Positions 63,896 to 64,000 of a stretch of 64,000 nucleotides of DNA are shown here, piece after piece. The stretch is from contig NC_086097.1 of the NCBI RefSeq assembly GCF_963921235.1, forward strand, positions 93,436,001 to 93,500,000, written 5' to 3'. Source of the stretch: Mobula hypostoma. Taxonomy: Eukaryota. Under the pieces are notes generated by a model that made no database searches, was not told the DNA's origin, and saw only the letters and a program-made list of their open reading frames with translations. How positions within the stretch are numbered: position 1 is the first letter of the stretch; each line of letters begins with the position of its first letter. The position numbers and the translations under genes were made by a program.

Positions 63896-64000
63896 GCTCA
63901 GTGAGTGGAATCTGCTTACCTACCCCTTCACAATCTTCTTCAGCTTTACCTCCCATTCTGCATCCTGTATCAGGAATACCAACAAGAGGAAGGCCATGCT
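63896..64000 (+). CDS. MGA: MGA-family coding exon, partial, runs off the window end
   Basis: Long pyrimidine tract ending cctag; GSVSGICLPTPSQ continues RNP-G, like MGA GSVMGIRLPAPSK; frame open to the end. Confidence 0.88.

Overview
Eukaryotic, AT-rich vertebrate DNA; the repeat families suggest a cartilaginous fish, probably a ray (inference). The whole window lies inside one + strand multi-exon gene, an MGA (MAX gene-associated protein) family member. I traced 15 coding exons by hand from 10961 to the window end; all have GT-AG borders and splice in one continuous frame. The T-box exon must lie upstream and the bHLH-ZIP exons downstream of the window. The introns are a dense, nested collection of decayed transposons: CR1, Rex1/Babar-like, RTE, L1 and Penelope retroelements, tRNA-derived SINEs, Tc1, pogo/Tigger, hAT MITEs and a solo LTR. 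Most ORFs in the supplied track are TE fragments or spurious. Main discoveries: (1) a ~525-bp non-autonomous retroelement at 27197 whose first ~160 nt fold as a complete HDV-like ribozyme with an extra hairpin inserted in loop L3, sense to the MGA pre-mRNA; (2) minimal hammerhead ribozymes in an inverted-repeat Penelope element; (3) a Tigger MITE that closely resembles the mammalian MER2 consensus as I recall it (possible horizontal transfer); (4) the MGA copy looks divergent and carries an extra 8-Cys cluster. All homology calls rest on motif recognition from memory, not on database searches.
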